Shown here in pieces: positions 37,801 to 46,492 of a DNA stretch of 64,000 nucleotides. The DNA lies in assembly GCA_009692465.1 (NCBI GenBank), contig SHZD01000001.1:18218-82217 (forward strand), read 5' to 3'. A program made the position numbers and the translations under genes. The notes beneath the pieces are model-generated. The model was not told the origin of the DNA. It did no database searches and saw only the letters and a list, made by a program, of their open reading frames with translations. This DNA comes from Myxococcales bacterium (GTDB lineage Bacteria > Myxococcota_A > UBA9042). Within the stretch, counting starts at the first letter, position 1, and each line of letters opens with the position of its first letter.

Positions 37801-38502
37801 GACGACAACTGCGACAACGGCGTCGACAACGGCAATGCCGCCGCCATGTGCGGCAGCGCCTTCAATGCCAACACAGTCTGTAGCAACGGCAAGTGCGGAT
37901 TAAGCTGTGCTATCAAATGGTTCGATGTGGACGGCCAGCCTGCCAATGGCTGCGAGTGCCCAGCGGATCCCGATTATGGCTTGAAGGGCGTCAATTGCAG
38001 TGGCGCCGAAAGCGTAGGCACTTTGAGCGATTCTGGCGCTCAGTCGCAACAGTCCGGCAACATCATGCCCGGGGAGTCTGGCGACTGGTTCACGTTCACT
38101 GCGTCTGATTCTGCTGATGGTGTCGGTGGTTGTGACCAATTCAATGTTCGCGTCAAATTTGTCGATAACCCAGACGGCAAGTTTGTCTTTGACGTGTTTC
38201 GCGGTGGTTGCGGCGCCAGCGAGCAACTGTGCGCTGCGACCAATGACCACACGTGGAGCACCAACTTTTATGGCGCGCCGCCGAGCGGTCCCGGGGTATT
38301 GCCTAATAATCCAGCGGGCACCTACCAGAAATCACCAGCGCCGGAAAAGGGCGGAGAGTGCAAATGCACCACCACACCCGGTACGCCAGGGATGAACGTG
38401 TGCAAGGACAACACTGCGCAGTTTTTCGTGCGGGTGTACCGGGCGCCGGGCGCTGCTGCCAGCTGTGCCAACTACAAGATCTTGTTTGCTAACGGGCCCT
38501 AG
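34828..38502 (+). CDS. Giant exported Cys-rich protein with about 11 tandem MopE-type putative metal-binding repeats
   Basis: The N-terminus has a signal/lipobox-like VAVLASAC. Repeats of about 65 aa follow the form C-x-D-x-D-x-x-INP-x-A-x-E-x-CNG-x-DDNC(D/N)G-x-x-D(E) followed by (F/Y)xDxDxDG(F/Y)G. The C-terminal roughly 200 aa is a distinct domain (GESGDWFTFTASDS). Confidence 0.85.
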   Translation: MRALRQFQQAVLAPMVRFQPFFARGLVAVAVLASACSDPAGDSETPLSDSGSGGAGGFGGGFDSLGIQFDGNLGTDGAAGGTSDGNIDGGLIFLADGGVTILDGTPVEVIAAATCSFPVNPKPGDPGATCKIAGDCDSGLCVEGPDGKQCTMKCTDCCPGGWLCTQFGDVDPVFACVPKSLRLCQPCTADKDCVTTGDPGLCLDYGSAGRFCGSACGTNGDCPPSYECKASQGVQGASKQCVRTVGMCTCSAKAVAEGMSTICSNANKFGTCTGTRKCTDAGLTDCTATVPAEEICNSKDDDCDSQTDEFGAAGCTLLWFDGDGDGFGAMAGNGGKSQCACNASGQFTAANATDCDDNDKAIKPTATEICNDIDDNCDAKTDFGCDNDKDGYCDAAQIVVGKPKVCTKGGKDCDDNKVEVNPSASEVCSNGADDNCNGSTDGEEGSVGCMPFFYDADKDGWGTGEPKCLCGATGAYTATKFGDCADSDPNVSPSIAEVCSNGKDDNCSGAQDEIDAQKCENFWSDKDSDGYGTGNPKCLCAPTAQLTVKKAGDCDDLDPQANPAAIESCNGIDDNCNGKADEVGAIGCILLYADADNDSFGDVSESACKCKPDAVHSVAVGGDCNDSKPQINPKGKEVCDSLDNNCNGVIDEANAGGCTTYFADLDGDGAGDGGQKACICAKAAPYTALKGDDCNDKKDAINPKAIEKCNGEDDNCDGAIDEEGAQLCNDYLYDEDGDGFGLSGKAKCLCKPGKPYGALKGGDCNDTSPVIFPGALELCNGIDDNCNNVIDDLSAQGCVNFYVDNDKDGYGDSKQIPKCLCKSETVYTTPQGGDCNDLDAKTYPTAKELCDGVDTNCNGIIDDSGASGCKAFFLDADSDGFGMASQSQCLCNATGQYSTTQAGDCNDGAAAIKPTAIETCNGIDDNCNGTTDSDSPQAKTYYADVDNDTFGAGGGKTLCQPDATFDATQAGDCNDGDPNINPSKPELCNGKDDNCDNGVDNGNAAAMCGSAFNANTVCSNGKCGLSCAIKWFDVDGQPANGCECPADPDYGLKGVNCSGAESVGTLSDSGAQSQQSGNIMPGESGDWFTFTASDSADGVGGCDQFNVRVKFVDNPDGKFVFDVFRGGCGASEQLCAATNDHTWSTNFYGAPPSGPGVLPNNPAGTYQKSPAPEKGGECKCTTTPGTPGMNVCKDNTAQFFVRVYRAPGAAASCANYKILFANGP

Positions 38503-38955
38503 CGCCCTCTGGCTAGACGGCGGCAACTGTCCGAAACTGCACGAATTTGATTGGGCCAGTTCTCCGGGCAGTTCTTGGACAGTTGAGAATATCAGAATGG
38601 CCAGGAGACTGTCGGATCGTAATAGATTCATTATGTATAACCGGATAGATATTCAAAATGCGTTTGATTTCCGACAGGCTCCTAGAGACCTGACCAATTA
38701 ACGCCGAACCTCAAAGAATTCCCGAACAAAACGGAGCGGCCTGACGCCTCGGGCGCAGGCTCGCGACCCACAAAGCAAGCACTGAGACGCCGAGCAAATT
38801 TTATTTGGTCGGCTCTCTAGAGACCTGACCAATTAACGCCGAACCTCAAAGAATTCCCGAACAAAACGGAGCGGCCTGACGCCTCGGGCGCAGGCTCGCG
38901 ACCTACAAAGCAAGCACTGAGACGCCGAGCAAATTTTATTTGGTCGGCTCTCTAG
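38499..38955. mobile_element. Second mosaic of CTAG-bounded mini-elements, including two tandem 131-bp copies
   Basis: CTAG occurs at 38499-38502, 38513-38516, 38682-38685, 38817-38820 and 38952-38955, with one decayed CCAG at 38601-38604. The 131-bp units at 38686-38816 and 38821-38951 differ at one position by my reading. Other units match 4592-4756. Confidence 0.8.
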
Positions 38956-39003
38956 TGCAACCGTAGACGCGCGCTCTCCAAACTGGCAATCAACATCGAA
39001 AGT

Positions 39004-41589
39004 TCAGTAACCAGTTTCTAACGAGTGGTCCGGTCGCGACCGGCCGCCGCGGCCAGCCACCACAATCAGCGCCACGACGGCAGCGAGCAGCCCCTGAGCG
39101 TCGCGTTCCACCGGGCCGCGAGTCGCAGTAGCCAGACAACCCGATTCCGCGGATTTGGCCGGCGCCGCAACAGGCTGCGCATCGCTGATCGCAACCTTGA
39201 CGTCCGAAGTTACCGCGCCTGCGTCGACTAGCACCGCTTGAGCGTCAGCCCCATCGCTAGCTCCCACAGTATAGTCCTGAGCGGCAGCACCAGACTCAGG
39301 TCCGTTAGTCGTGTCGGTCGCATTTTGGGTGTCGCTTTCAGCTATGGCGCCCGCGTCGGTAGGCTCAGTCGCTCCTGTTTGGGCTTGGCCTGCCGGTTCG
39401 CCAAGGCAAGCGAACAAGTCGTCGGCGTAAGCCTGCCCACCCAGTGCGAGCGCCAGCGCGCCAGCACCAAAACCCATCATGGGTGTCGCCCCGGCGAATT
39501 GGCCAGCTTGGGCACCAGAAGTGGCGATCAGTTCCGGTACAAGTCCGCCGCCCTGATGCGCAATCGCAACCACGCGCTGCCGAAGGGCAAGCTCTTGCGC
39601 TTCCAGAGGTGCTCCGGTCGCCACTGCCCGCTGTAGCCAGCGCAACACCCTCAAATCGATGAACAACCACTCCTGACTGTCGTACCAACCGCCGTCGTCG
39701 TTGCGCACAAACCCTACGCCGCCACCCGCTTGCAAGGTCTGGTTCCAATGCAGCCAACTCGCTTGGGCAATCGGACCCCACGGCGCAATTTGGCCGTCAG
39801 TCAACGCTTCAACGGCTGCCAAATCGCTGGCGAACTGCGCCGGTTCTTCCAAGTTACCGCGCAACCAGCTGCCGTTGGGCGCAAACTTGGCCACAATCGA
39901 ATCGCGCAGCTGCTTGGCCTTGGTGCGATACTGAAAGGCCAGCGTTCCCTGTCCGGCCAGCGTTGCTAGTTGCGCGGCAGCGCACAACCCGCGCACCGCA
40001 GTCATGGACGTGTAGGCAAAGTGCTTTTGCTGGCCTTGCCAATGGACCTCCCAGATCGACGAATCGGGCTTGATCACCCCCTCGGAGTCGATCGCCGCAA
40101 CCAGAGGAGTAACCACCAAATCGCGCAAGTCCGGCCACCACTTCGCAATGAAATTCAGATCATTACTGGCTTGCACATATCTACCGGCCTGCCACAGCAC
40201 CAATCCAAATCCGTCGAGCTCAATGTTGGGGCCCAATTCGTTACTGTCACTCTCTTCTTGGCCGCCGCCGAAATAGCGAGTCACTGAAACGCGATACGGC
40301 AAGCCGACTTCGTTTTTAAATTCACCAACTTTGCCTTTCAGCACAAACTCGATAGCCGCCTTGGCTTCGGCAACGTGGCCAGAAGCCGCAAGTGCGACCG
40401 CGGCATAACTCTGGTCGCGCGGCCAGGTGATGGCCCACTGACCCGGCGGCAAACTCGCGACAATTTGGCCAAATGGCGTCTTCCCTGAACCCGCGACCCC
40501 AAAATCCGCTTGCTGGCACTGGGCCATTTTCAAAGCCGTGAGCTGGCGTTGCAACAGCAAGGTATCAGCCAGCGACAAGTTCGGCGGTCCCTTGGTCGCA
40601 GCGTGCCAAGCTTGCCACCCCGCAATTTCATCGGCGAGTAGCTTCTCTGGACCCCGGTTGGCAAGCCATGCTGTCAAGTCTATTCCATCGTTTGGATCCT
40701 GTTTGTATTGCAACACGGCGCCGCGAATCGCCTGTTCGCCGCTAGCCAAGTTGACTGAAAAGAACAAGCCGCCGACCAGATCATCGCCGACCACACTTGG
40801 CTGTAATGACGCTTTGGGCAGAGCCAACCCTTGCTGGAACGCCTGATAGGGATTTGAAAATACTGCAAATCCGCTCGATGGTCCGCTGGCGTCCACCTGA
40901 TCCGCTTGACCGTCAATCGATCGCGCTTGGACGCAAGGCCACTTGCCCGCGGTGCGACATTCGGTCAACCCGTTCGCACTTGAGTTCAGCGTTTCGCCCA
41001 GGGACGTCGCTTCGGGAGCGCCAAGGCCCATATGTACATTGATTAAAAGCGGCAATGTCAGCCCGATGGAAGCGCTCGAACTGTTGGTCACCTTGGCCAG
41101 CATCACCACGCACCGACTGCCACAGGCCATTGGCGCAAAGGCGTAGGTCGTCAGCGTTAGCCCAGGGACGCCAGAAAAATATCTAGTTTCAGCGACAACC
41201 CCAGAATTACCGATGTAGCCGAACACAGTGTCGTCGGCGCCGTCAGCGGGTTGCCATGCAGGCCAGCCGGGCTCTTTCTTGACCAGCGGCATCTGCGGCG
41301 CCCATTGGCCGGGCATGGCTTTGCCTTGTGGACTCAACTGCGCCAGGCCAAAAAACGTGTCGTACAAGATATCGACTGTCGGCTGGCCCGGAGCAATCGC
41401 CTGATAGGGTCGCAACCACCAGTCCTTCAGTGCGCCCTTTGCGTGGTCAAACACGGCGGCAGTGTGTCCGTTGGCGATGACCCGCTGGGCAAGTGGTGTC
41501 GGCTGGGGCAGCGCGGCCTGCAAGTCACTGACCCACGCCAAACTAGTGCTCATCAGCACGATTTGGAGCCAATTGAGCGCCAGTGGCAT
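39004..41589 (-). CDS. Exported glycoside hydrolase family 15-like (glucoamylase-like) protein with C-terminal sorting-like tail
   Basis: Signal peptide MPLALNWLQIVLMSTSLAWVSDLQAA. ITWPRDQSYAA (WxRD) and SSIWEVHW...HFAYTSMTAVRGL are typical of the GH15 (alpha/alpha)6 barrel. The protein then has an acidic T/D/A-rich linker and a Cys-TM-basic tail. Confidence 0.6.
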   Translation of the reverse strand: MPLALNWLQIVLMSTSLAWVSDLQAALPQPTPLAQRVIANGHTAAVFDHAKGALKDWWLRPYQAIAPGQPTVDILYDTFFGLAQLSPQGKAMPGQWAPQMPLVKKEPGWPAWQPADGADDTVFGYIGNSGVVAETRYFSGVPGLTLTTYAFAPMACGSRCVVMLAKVTNSSSASIGLTLPLLINVHMGLGAPEATSLGETLNSSANGLTECRTAGKWPCVQARSIDGQADQVDASGPSSGFAVFSNPYQAFQQGLALPKASLQPSVVGDDLVGGLFFSVNLASGEQAIRGAVLQYKQDPNDGIDLTAWLANRGPEKLLADEIAGWQAWHAATKGPPNLSLADTLLLQRQLTALKMAQCQQADFGVAGSGKTPFGQIVASLPPGQWAITWPRDQSYAAVALAASGHVAEAKAAIEFVLKGKVGEFKNEVGLPYRVSVTRYFGGGQEESDSNELGPNIELDGFGLVLWQAGRYVQASNDLNFIAKWWPDLRDLVVTPLVAAIDSEGVIKPDSSIWEVHWQGQQKHFAYTSMTAVRGLCAAAQLATLAGQGTLAFQYRTKAKQLRDSIVAKFAPNGSWLRGNLEEPAQFASDLAAVEALTDGQIAPWGPIAQASWLHWNQTLQAGGGVGFVRNDDGGWYDSQEWLFIDLRVLRWLQRAVATGAPLEAQELALRQRVVAIAHQGGGLVPELIATSGAQAGQFAGATPMMGFGAGALALALGGQAYADDLFACLGEPAGQAQTGATEPTDAGAIAESDTQNATDTTNGPESGAAAQDYTVGASDGADAQAVLVDAGAVTSDVKVAISDAQPVAAPAKSAESGCLATATRGPVERDAQGLLAAVVALIVVAGRGGRSRPDHSLETGY

Positions 41590-41914
41590 TCGAGGTCTAC
41601 TTCGACTTTGCTGGCAAGTGGCCATCTAATAACCTATTATTACAAACTAAAACCTTGTTCTTGTCGTCGCTGATTGTAAACGCGGCCGGTACGCCATGCA
41701 ATCCGAAATGGCTAGCAGTCTCTCAGTTTTGTTTTTTTCGAAAGATCTGGCACTACGACGGCGCGCTCTCGCCACCACGGGTAGAAAAGAATTCTGAGTT
41801 TCTCAGCCCATCGTCTTGATCCATGGCCGAAAATACCTAAGTTGCGCGGCTCACAGGCTTAGTAGCCAGTCGGAATTCTCCCGAGGGCTGCTGCGGTTCG
41901 GTCGCCTCCACATC

Positions 41915-43225
41915 ATGTCCAGCTCTCAAAATCCCTCGCAAAATGTGGCCTTGACTGGCTTTCGCGGCTGGCTTCGCCGAGTGGCCGGCTTGTCGCGCGA
42001 CGCCAAGCTGTATTTGCTGGGCGGAGCATTGATGGGTATTGGCAACGGCGCGTCGTGGGTACACCTCAATTTATGGTACAAATCCCTAGGCTTGGGCGAG
42101 CAGACCATTGGCTCCCTGCTGTCGACTGCGGCAATCGGCGCTACTGCAATCGCGATTCCGAGTGCCGTGTGGATCGATCGGCTGCCGGTGGGTCGAGTGC
42201 TGGCCATCTCGGCCGGCGGGTTCGCAACGTGCTTGGCGCTGCCGCTCCTGTGGCCTCAGTTGGGCTTTCTGTTTGCGGTATCCTTGGCGCTCGGGGCGCT
42301 GTTCACCGTGCATTGGGTCGCCGCGGCGCCGTTCTTTATGCGCACCGCAGCGCCAGAAGACCGCGCTGACCTTTTTGGCCTCGCCCATGCCATAGAAACA
42401 TTGGCAACGCTGGTGGCAGCGCTGGCAGTAGGCGCGATCGCCAAAGCAGGGCACGCATGGCTCGGTAGCGAGCGCCAAGGCTTAGAACTGGGCTTAGGCG
42501 CGGCGGCGTTGGTTACGTTGGGCTCGGTGCCCGTGTTCGCGGCGATTCGCTGCCCAGCGTCGACTGAACCGATTAAGCCCTGGCGCGACCAGCTCAAGGC
42601 GCGCGACTGGACCCTACTGGCCAAAATCGTGATTCCGGCAGGCCTTGTTGGTCTGGGCGCGGGTCTAATTATCCCGTTTATGAACTTGTACTTTCGCGAC
42701 CGCTTTGCGCTTGACCCTGGCCAGATTGGCACGGTGTTCGCCGCGGGTCAGGCCTTCACCACCGTTGGTTTTCTGCTTGGGCCAGCGATGGCACGGCGCT
42801 TCGGCTCGGTTGCGGCGATTGTGACAACTGAATTGGCGTCGATTCCGTTTTTCTTGACGCTTGCGTTCGCCCATAGCTTGCCGATGGCTGTGGCTGCGTT
42901 CTGGCTGCGCGGTGCCCTGATGCAAATGAACCAGCCGATCACGTCTGCGTTTTCGATGGAGCTAGTCCCGCAAGATCAACAAGCTGTGACCAATTCTGTC
43001 CGCCATTTAACTTGGAACTTGGCTTGGACACTGTCAACCCAAGTCGGCGGTTGGTGGATTGAGAAATCAGGTTTTGTGCCGCCGATCCTAGCGGCTGTCG
43101 CCTTTTACGTCTGTGCTTCGTCGACGTTCGCTTTGTTTTTCGCCCGGCGTTCCCAAGCAGTTGCCGTGCACACAGCGCCACTCGGGCCTACTCAACAAGA
43201 GAGCGGACACAGCGAAATCCAATAA
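41915..43225 (+). CDS. MFS transporter
   Basis: About 436 aa from the ATG at 41915, with about 12 TM segments and typical MFS loop spacing. Confidence 0.75.
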   Translation: MSSSQNPSQNVALTGFRGWLRRVAGLSRDAKLYLLGGALMGIGNGASWVHLNLWYKSLGLGEQTIGSLLSTAAIGATAIAIPSAVWIDRLPVGRVLAISAGGFATCLALPLLWPQLGFLFAVSLALGALFTVHWVAAAPFFMRTAAPEDRADLFGLAHAIETLATLVAALAVGAIAKAGHAWLGSERQGLELGLGAAALVTLGSVPVFAAIRCPASTEPIKPWRDQLKARDWTLLAKIVIPAGLVGLGAGLIIPFMNLYFRDRFALDPGQIGTVFAAGQAFTTVGFLLGPAMARRFGSVAAIVTTELASIPFFLTLAFAHSLPMAVAAFWLRGALMQMNQPITSAFSMELVPQDQQAVTNSVRHLTWNLAWTLSTQVGGWWIEKSGFVPPILAAVAFYVCASSTFALFFARRSQAVAVHTAPLGPTQQESGHSEIQ

Positions 43226-44144
43226 ACTCCACACGGTTGCCCGGACCCATCGCACTGCGAGCGCCAAAAGTCGCTTCAAAATCGCTGTAGCGCCAAGACC
43301 CGCCGCGGTAGACGCGGTTATCCCCGCCAATCGGACCGACTGGGTCTACCTGCGAAGTTTTTGGGTACGCAGCGTGCCAGTCCCACACCCACTCGGCCAG
43401 ATTGCCAAGCATATCGTATAATCCCCATGGATTTGGGCGCTTGCGCTTGGTCGAGTGGACCCGCAGGCTGGCGTTTTCGTCGAACCAGCTTATGGCGTCG
43501 GCAACTCCGTAGCGCAAACCGGCGTTGCCCGCGCGCGCTGCGTATTCCCATTCGGCTTCCGTGGGCAAACGAAATCCGCGACACTTGACGCCGCCATTCC
43601 ACACCACGGCCTCGCCATTGAGCGTGTAACAGGGAGAAATCCCTTTGCGCTTGGACAGTTCATTGCAGTAGTGCACGGCTTGAGGCCATGAAACGTGGGC
43701 AACTGGGCAGTCATCGACCCCGCTGCAAGTCGCATCGAGCTCGGGCGAAGTCCCTGCAATTTCGCGATAGTGACGGGCGGACGTTTCGGCGGCGCTCATC
43801 TCAAACGGCCGCACGATCGACACATCATGGTAGCGGGCGTCATTTTGACTGCCATCGGGCGGGTCGGCGACGCCCATGCTGAAGCGGCCAGCCGGAATCA
43901 GCACGAACCCCGGTGAGATTATCGCTTTACTGGCCAAAGCGGCGGCAGCTTGCTGCTGCTCAATCTGCGCTTCCAATCGGCTACTTCCGGTTGTGGTCGC
44001 GGTGGCTTCGGCCGGGGCGGCCGCCGGTCCAGCTAGCGCTTGTGCGTCCGCCGCTACGGGTAACTTGCGCTTACAACCCGGACTCGCGCCGAAGCAACTA
44101 ACGGCCAAGAATACAACCGTGCGCCTAGCAAACGTCGACGACAT
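43188..44144 (-). CDS. Formylglycine-generating-enzyme (FGE/SUMF1) domain lipoprotein
   Basis: VSWPQAVHYCN, RLPTEAEWEYAARAG, NPWGLYDMLGNLAEWVWDW and RVYRGGSW. The N-terminus is FLAVSCFGA. I set the start at the ATG at 44144. Confidence 0.85.
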   Translation of the reverse strand: MSSTFARRTVVFLAVSCFGASPGCKRKLPVAADAQALAGPAAAPAEATATTTGSSRLEAQIEQQQAAAALASKAIISPGFVLIPAGRFSMGVADPPDGSQNDARYHDVSIVRPFEMSAAETSARHYREIAGTSPELDATCSGVDDCPVAHVSWPQAVHYCNELSKRKGISPCYTLNGEAVVWNGGVKCRGFRLPTEAEWEYAARAGNAGLRYGVADAISWFDENASLRVHSTKRKRPNPWGLYDMLGNLAEWVWDWHAAYPKTSQVDPVGPIGGDNRVYRGGSWRYSDFEATFGARSAMGPGNRVEFIGFRCVRSLVE

Positions 44145-44178
44145 GGATTTGTGGGCTGCCGATTCAGGGTTGGCCTGA

Positions 44179-46149
44179 TCAGTGGCCGACGGCAAACGTC
44201 ATCGCCGAGGCAATTCGTTGAGCAAACCGCGCCGGATTCTTCAAAGGCGCACCTTCGGCCAACAGCGCTTGATCAAAGAGCATTTCACCAAACTCGCCCA
44301 AGCGGTCGTCGCTGCTGTCCTTCGCAGCGAGGTCGCGCATGGCGATAATAAGACCGTGTTCCGGATTAATTTCCAGAATGCGCTTTTGGACTGGCATCGA
44401 CTGCCCCATCGACTGCATCATGCGCTCCATCTGCGGCGACATTCCGGCGCTGTCCGAAACAAGGCAGACAGCGCTATCGGTCAACCGCTCTGACACTCGC
44501 ACTTGCTTGCAACTGCTATCCAAAATCTTGGTCAAGCGGTCCGTTAGCGCGGCAAACGATTCGCTGCGCACTTCCTTGGCTTTAGTCTCTTCTTCAGTCT
44601 CTGGCAGCCCATCGAGCTCGCCTTTGGCCGCCGATTTGAGCTCCAAATCCTGATACTTCTCCAACGCGCCGACCATGATCTCGTCGACCGCTTCAGGAAG
44701 CAGCATCACCTCGATGTTGCGCTTGCGAAAGACCTCCAATTGCGGGGCACTTTGCAGCGTCTCGAGTTTCTCGCCAGTCAGGTAGTACAGCGCCGTTTGC
44801 CCAGCCTGCTTGCGTTCTACGACTTCGGCAAGGGTGCTCCAGCCCTCGTTGTGGGTCGTCCGCACCAACACGATATCTGCCAGCTTGTCTTTGCCCGCTG
44901 GCTCGTAGTGAAAGCCCTCCTTGAGGCACGTCCCGAATTCGTCCCACAGCTTAACGAATTTTTCACGGTCCTTTTCCAGCAAGTCTTTGAAATGAGACAT
45001 GACTTTGTTGGTCAGTCGCTTCTTGATCGCCATCACCAGCCGGTCGTGCTGCACCGTCTCCCGCGACATGTTTAGCGGCAAATCCGATGAATCGACAAGC
45101 CCTTTGAGAAAGCGCAAGTGCTCTGGAATCAACTCCTTAACATCGTCGGCAATGAACACCCGCTTGATGAACAACTGCAGCCCGCGCCGCGGGTCGCGCG
45201 AAAACAAGTCAAACGGAGCTTTGCCAGGCACATACAAAAGGGCCGTCCACTCCTGAGCGCCTTCGGTATGAAAGTGAATGATCTCCGAAGGATCATCCCA
45301 GCCGCGGGTCAAATGCTTGTAAAACGCCTTGTGGTCATCACTTTCGATCGTCGACGGTTGGCGGGTCCACAGCGCTTTGCTGGAGTTCAGCGTCTCCTCG
45401 ACCGTGATCTCTTTGGATTCGGCGCCCTCGACCTTGTTTCCGTCGTCGTCCTTCTCGGTCTCCCACTTCTTGGTGTCCATGGCGATCGGAAAGGCGATGA
45501 AGTCACTATATTTCTTGACCGTACTGCGAATCTTCCATGAATCCGTCCAGTTATCGGCGTTGAATATGGTCTCCTCGTCGTCGTCGCCGTCCTCAACAGG
45601 CGCATCTTTGTCGCGCAAATACAGCGTAATCCGCGTGCCACGCCGGGTCTTGTCCAAGCGTTCGATGGTGTACTCGCCGTCGCCGGTCGACTCCCAACGC
45701 ACTGCGTGGTCGCCTTTGGCCTTGCAGGTCTCGAGCACAACTTTTTTGGCGACCATGAAAGCGCTGTAGAACCCAACACCGAATTGACCGATCAAATCCG
45801 GCGTCGCCGCATCCGGGCCAGCAGCTTTGATCTTGTCAGCAAAAGCCTCCGCGCCAGAACGGGCAATAGTGCCAATGTGCTCGATCACTTCGTCGTAGGT
45901 CATGCCAACGCCGTTGTCTAGAATCGTAAGCGTGTGCGCTTCGGCATTGGGCACCAATTTGATCTTGAAATCCCCGTCGCCTTCAAGCAAATCGGTGTCA
46001 GTCAATGCCAAGAACTTCACCTTACCAATGGCATCCGAAGCGTTGCTGATGAGTTCGCGCAGGAACACGTCCTTGTGCGCGTAGATGCTGTGAATCATTA
46101 AGTCCAGCAGCTTATTGGTCTGGGCTTGAAATGTGCGGGTTTCAGACAT
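44179..46149 (-). CDS. htpG: Molecular chaperone Hsp90
   Basis: ETRTFQAQTNKLLDLMIHSIYAHKDVFLRELISNASDA, 656 aa. Confidence 0.95.
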   Translation of the reverse strand: MSETRTFQAQTNKLLDLMIHSIYAHKDVFLRELISNASDAIGKVKFLALTDTDLLEGDGDFKIKLVPNAEAHTLTILDNGVGMTYDEVIEHIGTIARSGAEAFADKIKAAGPDAATPDLIGQFGVGFYSAFMVAKKVVLETCKAKGDHAVRWESTGDGEYTIERLDKTRRGTRITLYLRDKDAPVEDGDDDEETIFNADNWTDSWKIRSTVKKYSDFIAFPIAMDTKKWETEKDDDGNKVEGAESKEITVEETLNSSKALWTRQPSTIESDDHKAFYKHLTRGWDDPSEIIHFHTEGAQEWTALLYVPGKAPFDLFSRDPRRGLQLFIKRVFIADDVKELIPEHLRFLKGLVDSSDLPLNMSRETVQHDRLVMAIKKRLTNKVMSHFKDLLEKDREKFVKLWDEFGTCLKEGFHYEPAGKDKLADIVLVRTTHNEGWSTLAEVVERKQAGQTALYYLTGEKLETLQSAPQLEVFRKRNIEVMLLPEAVDEIMVGALEKYQDLELKSAAKGELDGLPETEEETKAKEVRSESFAALTDRLTKILDSSCKQVRVSERLTDSAVCLVSDSAGMSPQMERMMQSMGQSMPVQKRILEINPEHGLIIAMRDLAAKDSSDDRLGEFGEMLFDQALLAEGAPLKNPARFAQRIASAMTFAVGH

Positions 46150-46492
46150 GAGTTTCTCCGGTTAGTCCCAATTCAGGGTTGATGGTTACTGCGCTTGATG
46201 TGGATGGCCGCGGCGGCTTTCTGACTGTAGTAGTCGCAATTTCTAGATGGTCTAGCGCGAATTGTTGGCTTTGGTCAGGGTGAATTGACCGCCTAGGTCA
46301 GTGCGCGAGCGGTAACTGCGCTACCAGTTGATTGCGCGCGGCCACACAAGGCCGTTTTCGGGCGTTGTCAAGCTCAAGACCTGCTCAATGGTGGCCACGG
46401 CGATTTGCCCAAACTGGCAGATCTGCGCTACACCGCTGCAACCTGATCGGTCTTTGGGCCGCGGTCGTCGAACCAGTAACCGAGGAAAATTC

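Noticed and set aside
38686-38951. The tandem repeats here and at 12623-12775 and 47767-47838, considered as possible CRISPR arrays.
   Set aside because: The repeats are directly adjacent with no unique spacers. The unit sizes (131, 24 and 12 bp) and contexts do not fit CRISPR, and there are no cas genes in the window.
43188-43225. A 38-nt convergent overlap of the MFS and FGE-domain genes, and a 17-nt overlap of the long FGE ORF with htpG.
   Set aside because: The htpG overlap disappears with the better FGE start at 44144. The convergent 3-prime overlap is modest and common in compact genomes, with no evidence of special function.
46273-46300. GGTCA-N8-TGACC-N5-GGTCA inverted repeats in the htpG/gltA divergent promoter region, considered as a possible heat-shock operator.
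   Set aside because: The half-sites are short (5 bp), there is no match to CIRCE or sigma32 consensus as I remember them, and they could easily arise by chance.
46328-46492. N-terminal extensions in the ORF track. Examples are gltA from 46328, aroC to 14756, transaldolase from 21144, birA to 31569, uppP to 61086 and murJ from 61015.
   Set aside because: The conserved N-termini of these families begin at internal ATGs that have RBS-like sequences or abut the neighbouring gene. The extensions are Arg-rich and overlap neighbours.
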